Origin: Ministeria vibrans ATCC 50519
Lineage: Eukaryota; Protista; Filasterea
Assembly: GCA_943704425.1 (NCBI GenBank)
Contig: CALSCP010002121.1
Location: 114,895-178,894, forward strand
Length of the DNA: 64,000 nt
Reading direction: 5' to 3'
The number at the start of each line of letters is the position of its first letter. Positions within the stretch are counted from its first letter, which is position 1. This document shows positions 1-12,941 of this stretch, piece by piece. The notes under the pieces were generated by a model. The model was not told where the DNA came from. It saw only the letters and a program-made list of their open reading frames with translations, and searched no databases. The translations under genes were made by a program, and so were the position numbers.

Positions 1-2181
1 CCAATGGAAAGGGAGAAGGGCGAGGTGCGTCGCGACGGGTTGTTCGCGCCACCGCCGTCAAGGCTACCCTGCGCCTGGGCACAGGTGTCCCCCGTGAACG
101 AACTGGTGCAGGCGCACTGAAAGTCAGCGACAGTTGCGGAGGACATGTCGGGCGACGAGTACTGCAGATCGATGACGACAACGGGCGACAGACACACGCC
201 ATTGTCGACCTGCGTCGAGAAGGACACGCTGATGTCGACCGAGCCGTGCGTGTACCACTGCAGCAGAATGGACTGCGTGACAGGGATGATGTCGACGCGC
301 GTGGCACAGTCGGAACCACCTGCGGCAAACAGCGTCGACGAAATGCCCAGCGCAGAGACAACAAGCCACTCGGTGGAGGCGCCCAAATCAGCGTTGGATG
401 TGACGCGCAGAACGCCGCCATCGGTGGACGGGTTGAGGAGGCCGTCAAACGAGAAGTGGAGTTGGTTGTTCGAATAGGCGTTGGAGCGTGTGATGGAGCG
501 CGCGTAAGGCTCACCAGCAAGGCACGTGCCAGAGTGAGCACATGGCGTCGACATACATGGGTCCTCCTGATTGCAGGTGGGTCCCACGTTGCCGGCGGAA
601 CACACACAGGCAAAGCTGTTCGCGTAGTCAACGCACGTGCCGCCGCGCTGGCACGGTTGCGACGCACACTCATCAATGTTTGAGTCGCAAAAGATGCCGG
701 TGAAGCCCGCGGCACACACACACGCGACAAAGTGACGCTGTGTCGTGCCGTCCTCGATGCAAGTGGCACCATGTTGACAGGGAAGCGATGCACACTCGCC
801 GGCAAAAGTCTCGCAGTTCTCGCCAACGTACGTAAGCGGACAGCTGCACTGGTACTCGGCAAACGACTGTGTCATGTTCAGCGAGGCCGTGAGGGTGGGT
901 GCTGCACACACGCCCGCATCGACAATGGAGGAAAAGGTGAAGAGTAGCTCAAAGGGCGCACCCTTGACACCTGCTTGCATGGCCAGCACACTGGCCGCCG
1001 GAATTAGCAGTGTCTCTTCGCGTTGCGCGCAGTCACTGGCACTGCTAGCAAACAGCTGCGCACTGAAAATCCCCCCAAAGGTGGCAGCGTCGCGCACATC
1101 GACAAACTCGGTAGGTGCGCCCAAATCTGCTATGGTGCTCACAACAAGTTTGGCGGGGGGTTCGGTGCTCGGAACCGGATTAACAATGAAGCCGCTGAAG
1201 ATGGCGCGCAAGGTTGACGGGTAGTAGACATTCGAGGAGAAGGTGACGGACTCGAAAAAGTTGCGACGTTCAAGAAAGCACGAGGCGCCATTGCTACAGG
1301 GCGACGACGAGCAGCCGTCAAAAGTTTCGCAAAGCGCACCATACGTGTCGGGAGGACATTCACAGGCAAATGAGGCAACGCCCGTCGAGTTGTTGCAGGT
1401 ACCGCCGTTGATGCAAGGCGACGACGCACACTCGTCGATGTCTTCAAGGCAGTGGTCGCCCCGGTAGCCCGCCGAACAGTCGCACGTGTATCCGCTCACA
1501 TGATCGTGGCAGGTGGCGCCATTGAAACACGGAGAAGAGAGGCACTAAAGTAAAAAGGAGTATAAGTCGAAAAATAAATGAAGTGTCTCAATCAGTTTGT
1601 GCATATGTACTTCGTCCAGGTCGGTTTCACAGAGGGGCCCAGTGGTACCGGGGATACAGGTGCAGTTGGTGAAGGCGCGGGTGACGGGGTCTTCGGTGCA
1701 GTTTCCATCGTAGAAGCACTCAATAGCGGCACACTCGCCCAGGTACGTCTCGCACGCCAGTCCCGAGTACGTTGGTGGACACTGGCATGAGTGGCCCTCA
1801 GGATCCAGGTTGTACGCAAACTCGCTAAGATGTATGTATATATAATTATACATAATTATTATATATATATGTGAGTGTAAAGAACAAAGGACAATGGTAC
1901 GGGGATCAGGTTTGACAGTCGGTGACATTTAAAGAGACGGCATGGGTGTACCATGAGAGAAAAGGAGCGGCGCAGACAAAGTCATTGACGTTGTTGGTGA
2001 AGGAGATTTCAAGAGTGAGAACACCTGTGCCATCGGTGCGATAGAGCGATTGAAGTTGGGCAATAGAGAGAGAAATGGAGGCAGAGAGGGTGTTGCAGTC
2101 GAATGTAGTCGACGAGAAGAGCACTTGGGTGATACCCAGTGCCGGTATTTCCACAAGCATATACTGTAAATCAATAATAAC

Positions 2182-2242
<61 letters not shown>

Positions 2243-4325
2243 GAGAGAGAGAGAGAGCGAAACAAAATGACGGAGAGAGAGAGAGAGAAAGAGAAAGAAG
2301 AGAAAGAAAGTGACAGAGAGAAAAATTGATAGTGAGAGAGAAAGAGAGAGAAAATAAAAAGAATCGGAATCAGTAAAACTATCAGACGCACACATACATA
2401 TACACACGGTGTATACCTCGGTGGAAAGGCCAAAATCCGCTACTGTGGAGAAAGAGAGCAGACCACCAGTGACGGGAAAGGCTCCAATGGGGTAGGAGAA
2501 GGTAGGCGTCTGAGGAGCGAATACGAGGGTGGTCGTGATGGTCTGGCTGGTGACGGCCAAAGCGGTGCACGAACCGCCGTTGCTGCAGGGTGACGAAACG
2601 CAGTAGTCGATGTCATGGCAGGTAAGCCCTGTGAAACCTGTGGGACAAAGACAGGTAAACCGGTTGCGCGACGACACACATGTGCTGTTGTTGCTGCACG
2701 GCGATGATGCGCACTACAAGGAAAATGAGTTTCACGCGCAGGTTAAGGGATGTAGACGAGTGCAACGGCGCCGTACCATATCGATCATAGACTCGCAGTG
2801 GTCGCCTGTGATACCCGCAAGACAGACGCATGAGAATGTGTCTAGATTAGACGAGTGCATGCATGTGCCGTTGTTCAGACACGGAAATGAGTCACACTGA
2901 AAGAAATGCACAAAAAAGAGAGCACAAACAAAGTATTAGTATTAGTATATAAAAGGGATCGACTTTTTGTTGAATACTTCGTTGATGTCTGTTTCGCAGA
3001 AGAGGCCGGTCGAGCCGGGAGGGCAGACACAAAAGGCGTCGGTGCCGTTGGCGTGTGTCTCGTTGCAGGTGCCGCCGCGCAAACAGGGCGCGGACGCACA
3101 GTCGCCAAGGAACGTCTCGCACAGGGCTCCCGAGTAGAAGATGGAGCAGGAACAAAAGATGGGGGGCACAGGGGAAGTTGAGCCGGCAATGGTGAGCGTG
3201 ATAGTGAGGTAGGGGTTGGTGCAGAACGAGTTGACGGCGACAGCGAAAGAGGCGCGCAGGGCCACCACGGCCGACGACGAGCGAATGCGTCGGATATCAT
3301 CGGTGGTCAGCGTTAAAGTGGATGTCTGTTGTGAGCAATCGTTGCCGGAATTGACAAAGAAACGTTGCGAGAAAGTCGGGTCGGCGATGGACACGACATC
3401 AATGTATTCAGTGTCCGCCGACAGGTCGGTGTTTGTCACGAGTGTGAGTGTGCCGCCCTGGGATGGAGGAGGCACGTTCAAAAAGGAATATTCTAAAATG
3501 CTCGGGTAGTGAGCTGGTTGTTCCCTAAGATTGCAAGACGAATATTAATAACAATACTGACGATGTTGTTTATAGCAAAACATACGTGAGATCCGATGAA
3601 TAAAATGTCGAAGCGCGACATTCGTTGCCATTTTGGCAGGGCGACGACAAACAGTCGATTACGGTGGCGCAGTGGGCGCCGGTGAAGCCTGCGGGGCAGG
3701 TGCAGAAGGAGGAGTTGGACGAGAAGTCGCAAGAGCCGAGTCCACCGCAATAGAGAGTGCTGCAGTCGTCGGTAATGGTCTCGCAGAGAGGCCCGGTTGT
3801 TCCTGGGAGACAGTTGCACTGGGCGGGACTCACGAGAGACTCGTTGTAGGCGAGTGTCATCTGGATGGGGGCGCACAGCAGGCCCGTCATATTCCGTGGG
3901 AAAGTCACGTCGAGCGAGACGGAACCGTCCAGAATCCACTGTGCGAGAGTAGCCTCAGCAACGTCGATGGCCACCACAGTCAAGGAGCAGTTGTCGCTGT
4001 CGATGGCAAGGAGGGCGTTGCGGTGCAGCAGCGGCGCCGTCACATTGACGTGGTACGACTCGTTCCCACGCAAAGCGTCCAAAATAGAGAGGGTCAGTTT
4101 CGCAACGGTGCCCTCGACGTTTGAGTAGGAGGTGTTGGCTGGCGTGGGCAGGGCGACTGTGACGCCGAACGTGAAGCCGTCGTTGTCCGACAAAGATTCG
4201 CCCAGTGAAACGTCTCTCTCCTCCGTCACCCCACACGACGCTCCGTTGAGGCACGCAGCGGCACCGCAGCCTGCATAGCCGCCTGTAGCATACATTAGTA
4301 TGCTTGCCACGGTGAGCAGCAGCAT
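1..4325 (-). CDS. Multi-exon EGF-repeat (Notch/fibropellin-like) secreted or cell-surface protein; 3' end lies beyond the window start
   Basis: Signal-peptide-like start [15 protein letters not shown] (ATG 4325). Many EGF/Ca-EGF repeats ([34 protein letters not shown]). GT-AG introns e.g. 3525-3585, 1825-1951, 1545-1610. Frame open from 1544 to position 1. Confidence 0.9.
2182..2242. repeat. (TAA)n microsatellite in intron
   Basis: Directly visible. Confidence 0.95.
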
Positions 4326-4490
4326 AAATGAAAAAGGAAATGTGGGACGAGAGACCGATTGGGAGATAAGAGAAAGAATGATTGAGTTTCGATCTGACAT
4401 AGTCATCTTCATACTTCATCTGTCTGTTGTCTCTTGTGACACTGTGACTTGTGACTTGTCTCTTGCTGTCATTTTTTTTTTTTTACATCA

Positions 4491-4742
4491 ATGATGGACG
4501 ATCGATACAGCGAGGCGGACGAGGATGAGGTGATTCACGAGGCGGAGTTGCCGCTGCCGTCGAGCCAACGGGTCGTGTTCTCGTTTGGCTTTGGCAATCG
4601 AATGGCCATTGCTAATAGTACAGGCGGCGCGTCCACACTGGCTCTTGTGGAATGGGACGACGAAGGGTTCCACTCCACCGAGGTAGGAAGCAACCACGCT
4701 GATCCGCATCGAGACAAAATGTCTGTCTCAAAAATTTATAAC

Positions 4743-4775
<33 letters not shown>

Positions 4776-6981
4776 ACTTGTTTCAAAAAAAAAAAAAACT
4801 CTCTCTCTCTCTCACACACACAGCCTCGTAAGCTGGCGGCCGAGAGTCATGGGGCGTTTATGTCGAAACGGCAGGAAGAGAGGGGAGAGGATAGCGAAGA
4901 GACGGGCGGTCGACAGGACCATGGGGCGGCGGGGGGGACGACGAGCGACGAGGCGTTGGTGAACGAGTCGCGGATGTTTCGTGCCATTTTGCGGGCGTGT
5001 GTGGAGCGCATCAACGACGCCCTGCTTGTCCGACGCAGCCAAAAGCAACACGCTCATGCGTATGGTGAAGACGAGGACGATGAGGCGGCTGCAGCGGCCG
5101 CCGACGACGAAGACAGCGAACAGCACATGCAATTGTATCGGCTGATGGAGCTCGTCTGGCATCTCTGCGAAGTGCTCTTTGTCGATCGTATGCCGGGTGC
5201 CACCATCATGGTACAGTTGCTTGAATGGCTTCAGTGGCATTTTGGAGATGAGCCTCGCGTTGGCCAGATTCTAGCGGCGCGCTTGGCGCACCCCGAGCAG
5301 CACGAATCGTACTGGTCGTGCGTTCGACGACTCGCTGTGCTGGGCCGCGTCAATGATTGTGCCGAACTGCTTCGGCTGCACAGCGACTACGGGCACTCGC
5401 AGGCGCTGCATACGATGGACGAGCTGTTGCGTCGGATGCCAATGCTGCACGCAGGGCGATCGGCGGCCGAATTTCTGATTGTGTGGTCGCGGTGGCACGA
5501 CGAGTGTGTGCGCAGCTGCAACACGACGTTTGCGGCGGGACACAGTACCTTTGGAGGGGATCTTACAGAGGAGTTGCATGTGTTGTGCACCTTGCTGTCG
5601 GGCGACGAAGAGCGTTTAGGCGAGCACACACACAAGTGGTACGAGCTGCTCGTGGCCAAGATGCTGTACACGCAGCCGACAGTCAAGTCGTTTGATCTAC
5701 GCAACTATGTTGACGAGTGTTTGACTGTGTTTTCCGCTGATGCGCGCACGGGTCTGGACAACATTCTCATTCATTGTATGGAGTTTGACATTCACAAGGT
5801 AAGAAGTGCGTTGCATTGTGCCTGAAAATTCGGACTGAACGAGTCTTGTAGGTTCTTCGCGAGTGCTCGATTTACATGGGAAGTCGGTGGTTTGTGACGC
5901 ATCTGACGGATCTGCTTATGCGCAGTGGTCAGCTGGAGGCACTTCCACTCAAGGCGGGCGGAGACTTGCGTGAGCACTTTATGCTCGACTATGCGAGCAG
6001 TCTCGCAATGGCCCCCGGTCTGTGGCCTGTAAGCAAGTTGTTTTTTTTTTGTGCCTGTGTGTGTGATTTTTGATCTTGTGTATGAATTTGTGTCTGTTTT
6101 CGATTTGTTTGTTTGACTTTATACTTTTTTTTGCGTAGTTGGCGTGTGATTATTTTGCACAGTGCAGTGAGTTTGGCGGAGCGCATCTTGAGGCTGTTTT
6201 GGAGCGCATTTCGCCGCTAGGGAATGAGCGACGGGCGCGCAAGCTCGCACGTCTTGCAGATGCGCACAACCTGCCAGAGACGGCAGCGACGATTGCGCGT
6301 GTGGTGGGAGTCCATGCGATGCGACATGGGCGTCCCGGAACAGCCCTGGGCTGGTTTACGCGTGCACGCGATGTGGTGCGGCTCGAGGCCGTTGCCGATG
6401 TGCTTCTGCAGTGCTACGCACAGAGTGGTGCTTTTACCGGAATGGTTCGTTTCTTGTCATTTCGTTCAATTCAATTTGACTTGCCAATTGTGTGCGTGTT
6501 TTTGTCTCTCTTTCTCTCTCACTCTATTTGACACGACCTCTTTTCTTTTTTCCAGGACGTGATTGATTCCCTTGGGTCAGAGAAGGTGCTGTCGGAGCGA
6601 CTGTTGTTTTTGGACAAGTACCGCGAGATGCACCGATTGTATCAGTCGCGTAGCTTTGTCGACTGTGCTCGTCTGCTTGTGCAGCTCATTGCCAGCAACA
6701 TTGCGCCTCCCGAGTATGCAATACAACGTGTGGGGTGACACTCTGTGATGCTATTGTGTGTTGTGTGTAGGTTTCGAGGGACTCTTCTGGTCGACGCTGT
6801 GCCCTTGCTGGAGACAGCAGAGTCACCCTTTACAGCCGAGCAGACGTACGAGCTGATGCGCTGCTGCGAGAATTTGTCACTGGCCTCGTCACAGCCGCAG
6901 TCGACTGCGATCACGGCCGATCAGCTGCAAGTGGTGCGTCTTGCGTTGGCTCGTGCTCTCGCGCGGGCCATTGTAATGTAA
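4491..6981 (+). CDS. NUP85: Nuclear pore complex protein Nup85 (multi-exon)
   Basis: ELVWHLCEVLF, LLEWLQWHF, YWSCVRRLAVLGR, WYELLVAKMLYTQP, WFVTHLTDLL, LREHFMLDYA, RLALARALARAIV match the Nup85 pattern. Confidence 0.88.
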
Positions 6982-7048
6982 TTAAGTTTTTTTTTTGTTA
7001 TTGAGATTTGGTTAAATCGCAAGTTCATATTTATTTTTTATATCCACG

Positions 7049-7600
7049 ATGAACCCTGCGACATTTGATTATACGCGCGCGTATTGCGAAGAGAACGTCT
7101 ACAGATTGTGTGAGCGTATCGGAGAGCAACAAAGCAAAGTGGATGTGGTGTTCATTTCAAATGCGACTGCGAGCGTCGCGATTTGGCAGCAGGCGCAGGC
7201 GACAGCGCCGCATCTGCCGATCGTATGGGACTATCATGTCATTTGCATTGCCGATGGGTGTGTTTACGACTTGGACTCATCGTTGCCCTTTGGCTGTGGC
7301 GTTGACGAATACCTTGCCAAGAGCTTTCCCTTTCGCGAGTCGGTTGCACGCGAATTCCACCCAATGTTCCGCGTCATTCCCGCCGCCGAGTACCTCCAAG
7401 ACTTTGGATCTGACCGATCGCATATGCAGCGGCTCGACGGCTCGTGGCTGGCGCCCCCTCCGGAATGGCCCTGCATTGGCGATGGACGACACAACCTCGA
7501 CTCGTACCGGACCATGCCGGACGCCACTGCGGGCCCCGGAACACTATATGCACACTACACGGCAGTGGACGACTTGAGACGGGCTGTCACGACGTCGTAG
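7049..7600 (+). CDS. NTAQ1: Protein N-terminal glutamine amidohydrolase (intronless)
   Basis: YCEENVY, signature WDYHV, VYDLDS, FGSDRSHM, WLAPPP. Confidence 0.95.
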   Translation: MNPATFDYTRAYCEENVYRLCERIGEQQSKVDVVFISNATASVAIWQQAQATAPHLPIVWDYHVICIADGCVYDLDSSLPFGCGVDEYLAKSFPFRESVAREFHPMFRVIPAAEYLQDFGSDRSHMQRLDGSWLAPPPEWPCIGDGRHNLDSYRTMPDATAGPGTLYAHYTAVDDLRRAVTTS

Positions 7601-7843
7601 ATTCAGTCATTACGGTGCACAGCAGTTCTGCAGCTTCAGTCACTGNNNAGCCTTCAGTCATTACGGTGCACAGCAGTTCTGCAGCTTCAGTCACTGCCCC
7701 AATTACTTCAGGTCATTAGGTTCTACAGTCACTACTTGCAATTGCTTCAGGTTATTGCGGTGGAGTTGCTCCTTACCTGTTGCCTTGGCTATACTTGGGC
7801 TGTGGATCATAAAAGTATATATAAAAAAATTCTTGATAATATA

Positions 7844-9969
7844 TTACAAGACGCTATCTTCGACGTGCTCTGCTTCAAGGAGGCGTGCCGCCAAGCGCAC
7901 GTCACTAATATCTGCGCCCGCATCGTCCTGATCGCACTCCATTGTCAGAGCGGTCCGCGCATCGTCGTCGTCCACCACCAGTGGTCTTCCCTCCTCATCA
8001 CTCGCGTTGCGTGTTTTGCTCTCTCTCACCTCTGCCGATTCACCGCCACCACCATTAGTAGCAGCAGCAGCAGCAGCAGCAGTGCGCCCCTTGAGTAAAT
8101 TCGCATACTCACTGTCCTCAATGAGGCGCGTGTGCGTCTCCTTGCGCAGATAGAAAGCAACGACCATAAACCAGAGGGCGCTGATAAAGTAGGCCGTGGG
8201 CACGACAAAGAGCAGCGCATAGCGCACCGCCTCGTTGTAACCGTATTTGCGCCCCACAATGCCATCGTCGCCATCGCCGCCCAAGAGCGCACCGATGATG
8301 ACCGAGCCAGTGCTTCCAATGAGCGTGTTGAAGGCAATGTAGACGGCGGTCGCGGTGCCGCGCATCGACGGCAGCGATACGTCCTGCACAATGGCGGCGG
8401 CAGGGCCCAGCCACGTCTCGGCCGACAGGTATGCCAGCGACAAACATCCAAAAGACGCATTGGCGGAGGGTGCAAGGAGTGTCGCAATGATCATGGGCAC
8501 GGCCATGAGCTGCGACAGCACAATGACCACCGCTTTGCCATCGACGCGACGCAGTGTTAGCCGGTCGGCGCAGTAGCCCCCGAGAAAGGATGAAAGCGTG
8601 CCTGCAATGGGGATGATCACCGCCAGAGCAATGCCATCTACACACAAAAAAGACAATCAGAGGAAGAGAAGACATCGCCAGTGCATGTGTACATTGGGTG
8701 GAGTCAAGTCCGTGCACTCGGTTGTAGAAAACGGCGGTGTATCCGCCCAGCGCATAGCCCGCAATGTTACGCACGGCCGCCGCCAGGCACACGTGTCGGT
8801 ACGTGTGCGATCGCCACAAATGTTTCAGGGTCACCATCAGTGTGAACTGAGAGTGTGGAGAGTGAGTGAACGAGGCAAGTTGAAGCGATACACTGAGTAC
8901 AACATGCGATGAAAAGTTGTACCTTTTCGTCGGTAGAGAGAGCATCGTCACGTTCAGCCTTTCCACGTGTGGGCTCGTTAGAGGTGAGAATCCACAGGAG
9001 AGCGACAGCAAAGCCAGGAAGAGACATGATGAAGAAAGTGCTGCGCCAGCCAACGGAACCGTTGATGACGCCTGCGAGATAGCCCACACCCCCTCCTGCG
9101 TACACCTGCAACCCACAATTACATAATTATAATAAGTGCAATATCAATATTATTATTATTATTATTATAATATTTTGGAAATAAACATACGCCAAAGTGA
9201 TAGATGCTAAATGCAGTGGCTCGATGTTCGGCGGCAAAGAGGTCGCTGATGATGCTGAAGGCGGACGGATTGTACGTCGCCTCGCCAATGCCGAGAGCAA
9301 TGCGGGTAAGCAGCAGTTGCCAGTATTCCTTGACGACGGCGTTGGCAAGGGTCATGGTCGTCCAAAGAAGCAAGCCGACAAAGATGATGCGAACGCGGTT
9401 GAAGTTGTCCGCTAAGCAGAGATGAGATCGAGATGAGAGAAGATGAGCTTTGCATTGCAATTTACCGAGTCTAGCCAAGGGGATGCCGGCGAGCACGTAC
9501 ATCACGGTGAATGCAGGGCCTGTCAAAACCCCTGTGCCGACATCTGAGAAGGAGATGCAGTCGAGGGTGACGTTGGACGGTGGCGCTGTGGCGTTGACGG
9601 GCGGACACTGCAGCCCGCCGGGGATCAGGGCCGGCAGGAGGGTTCGATCGGCACCGTCTGCAAGGGACGACGGTAAAGGAGAGGGAGAGACGGGTCAGCG
9701 TGGGTGAAGGAGAGGCAGAGACGGGTCAGCGTGGGCGTAAGCGGGCGTCTGGAGGGGTCTTGTGGTTGCAAGCGCGTGAGTCGATGCGATGCGTTTCAAT
9801 GTGTGTCTGCCGGGCGCACGACGCATGCTTGCTCGCCTTGGAAACGCCACTTACTCAAAATGTAGACGAAGAGCAACATGAGCAGCATGAATTTGGCGTG
9901 CTTTCCGTTGACAGCGGGCGGATTGTTCGAGCGGATCCACACGTTGAATCGGCGCCACATCTGGCCCAT
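7844..9969 (-). CDS. MFS transporter, spinster-like (multi-exon)
   Basis: ATG 9969 (MGQMWRRF..), GIPLARL-ADNFNR (motif A), RIALGIGEA, SIISDLFAAEHRATAFSIY, GGYCADRL, multiple TM helices. Confidence 0.85.
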
Positions 9970-10169
9970 TCCGGCTATTTCAATGAGTACAACTGAGGCG
10001 GCCGTTCAGCGCCAAGTAGTGCAGACGAGCGAGAAGTGACAGGATGACGGGAGTGCAGAAACCAAACAGACTGATTTTAGACTTGGGGCCATAATTAAAT
10101 ATTGATTCAACACACACACAACAACGCATATACCACAGCAAGTCAGTACTCAGTGACCACACGCATTTC

Positions 10170-12803
10170 ATGACTGTTCGTATGGAGCTGGCCACCAACA
10201 CCCTGCTGTTGATCGTTGCATCGTTGGCAGTGCTGGCAGTGGACACCGCAGCCACTGCCAATGTGACGGTGCACAACAAAGGTCTTGACACTCTCAGTCC
10301 GACGCTCTACGCGGCCTTTTTCGAGACGGAAATCAACTGGGGGTCTGAAGGCGGTCTCTATGCAGGTAGGCTAGTGTATTGGTGTGCGACGGTAGACGAG
10401 AATTGACTTGTGATCTGCAGAAATGATCGCCAATCGCGATTTTGAAACCCTCGGGCGTGGCGTCATCCCATCCGCACCGTCCACCTCGAGGCACATTCCG
10501 CAAGCAAGTGTAGCCTCGATTGGTAAGGGAGTGACCGAAGAGCATCTCAATAAAAAGCGAACTTATTCAATGAGTTCACAGGATTGGATCCGAAAGAGCC
10601 AGCGCCCAATTTCGTCGACTACGACCCATGGAAGGCGATTGCTTACGGCGGTGGGAGTGTGACCATTGCCGTTGTGAACTACACACAGCCGTTTCCCACG
10701 AATCCGTCTGTCCTGCAGGTCAAATCGAGTGCGCGCTGCACGCACCACAATAACACGCTCTTGTCGCTTCCCAGGTGGCCGTGGATTGCCCCATTTCGGC
10801 AACGGACAGTACGTGCGAGGGAGGGGTGTCCAACCCTGGGTTCTGGGGCATCAACGTGGTGAAAGGGCGTGCCTACAACCTGACGGTTGCAATGCGCTCG
10901 CTTGGTCATGTCAAGCGAGTGCGAATGCGTCTTGTTGATTCGGAAGGGGCTCTTGTGTCGAATGAGGCGACGGCGAGCATCACATCGCCTCCCGGTGAGT
11001 GGGGAGCGTACGCTGAGAGTCTTGTGGCGACCGTGTCAGACTCGGCCGCATTGCTGCAGGTAATCGAAACCGCACAAGCGTTTTCATTGCATCTTGTGCA
11101 CTATTGTTGCCTTGTAGGTTGTGACAAGTGACGATGGAACATTCTGGATGGACCATGTGAGCGTGTTTCCCAGTGACGCAGTCGGCGGGCTCTTTCGACG
11201 CGACCTGTTTGAACAGCTGCAAAAGCTGAACATGGGGTTTATTCGGATGCCGGGAGGAAACTACCTGGAAGGGACGGGAGAGCGGACGCGGTGGGACTGG
11301 AAGGGGACGGCGATGGCGCGACAGCGGCGGAGCGGACACTACAACAGTGCGTGGGGGTACTGGGTGACAGATGGGATGGGGGTGTACGAGCAGCTGCGGC
11401 TGGCGGAGCTGCTAGGGACGGAGGCGCAGATGGCGGTGTACACCGGCTACTCCATGGGGGCGCAATACAACCTGAGCGGGGTGTTTGCGGCGGAGGCAGT
11501 GGAGCTGCTTGAATTCTGCAACGGGGATGCGAGCACGCCGTACGGAGCGCAGCGGGCGCGCATGGGCCACGCAGCGCCGTTTGGCGTGGGGCGGCTGGAG
11601 GTGGGCAACGAAGAGCTGGACATGGACGGGTACACGACGCAGTACGAGCGCATTACGAGCGCAGTGTGGGAGCAGCAACGTAATGTGACTGTCGTGGCCA
11701 GCGGACGCTGGGGTCCACCCATTGCAGGCAACCCATGCCTTAGTGCAGGCGTGCGCTGTGACCTGTGGGACGACCATTACGTAGGACATTGTTATTATTT
11801 GTGCATCTTGCCTCTCTCACCTAGCTGACCCTTACCTTCTTTCATAGTATCGCTCTGCAGATGAAATGGCTGCGGTACCAAAAACGCCGCACGCGAGCGC
11901 CATACTCTGACTTTTTGTGTTTTCTTCTTCTGTTGTTCATGCGTCGTTTATCCTCTCTCTATCACTCTTTCTTTATGACTCATTCACACACACACTCTCT
12001 CTCTCCTATCATTTTGTTTCTTTCTCCTCTCTCTGTATAACTCTTTGTGTCACATTTTTTTGTTATATGTCTCTGTCTCTGTGTGCCTCTCTGTCTTTCT
12101 CTCTTTTTATGTTTAGTTGGGCACTGCGTATGACACGTACAACCGGTCGCTTCCCAATGTGTTTGTGGGAGAGTACGCGGCAAACAAGGATGGTAAGGGT
12201 GCGCTACAGAATGCCATTGCCGAGGCCGTCTTTCTGTTGGGCTTCGAGCGCAATGCCGACAAGGTCAAGGCCAGTGCATTTGCACCTCTGTTTCGCAATG
12301 TCGCTGCGAGTCAGTGGAGCTACGATCTCATCAACTTCAACTCGTCGTCGCTCTTTGTGCTCCCTTCCTTCCATGTTCAGGTGCACAATCAATATACCGC
12401 GTACCAAGCTCTAGGTTGTACTGACGTGCTCTCGTTCCCGCAGTCGATGCTTCAAAAGGTATCTGTGGGCGCAACGACACTGGCAATGACTCTGGAAGGA
12501 CTGGCCGCACCCTCAACGATTATTGCCAGTGCGCGTGCCGGCTCCGTCGACGTCAAGGCCGCCAATTACGCTGGCGAGCCTGTGCCCCTGACCATTCAGC
12601 TTGACTCGACTTTCAACGTCGCTTCTTCGTCGGCGTCCGTCGTCACTCTGACGTCTGCGCAAGGTCCACTTGCGGAAAATTCACTGGACCATCCAGACAA
12701 CGTCTCACCCGTGCTATCCTCCGTGCCCATCACCTCCAAAGGTCTTCTCACCATTACATTGCCTCCTTGGTCTCTGGTCATTGTTTCCGTCCCCACGAAG
12801 TGA
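10170..12803 (+). CDS. Secreted GH51 alpha-L-arabinofuranosidase (multi-exon)
   Basis: Signal peptide, LYAAFFETEINWGSEGGLYA, FIRMPGGNYLEG, acid/base GNEE, nucleophile FVGEYAA, LGFERNAD, C-terminal beta-sandwich ending LPPWSLVIV. Confidence 0.92.
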
Positions 12804-12941
12804 TGATTTGATTTTTTTCATCATGATGATGAAAATTTTACTCAACCCATTTGTGTAAAGATGAAAAGTTCCTCTCTCAACTCTCAAGAATCACTTTCAC
12901 TTTATTCTCTCTCTTCTCTCTTTTCAATCTCTACATATACC

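Noticed and set aside
1-4325. Calling the EGF gene Notch
   Set aside because: No LNR or ankyrin domains visible; the C-terminus is outside the window
7603-7696. Direct duplication around NNN
   Set aside because: Identical sequence on both sides of a tiny gap; contig-overlap artifact
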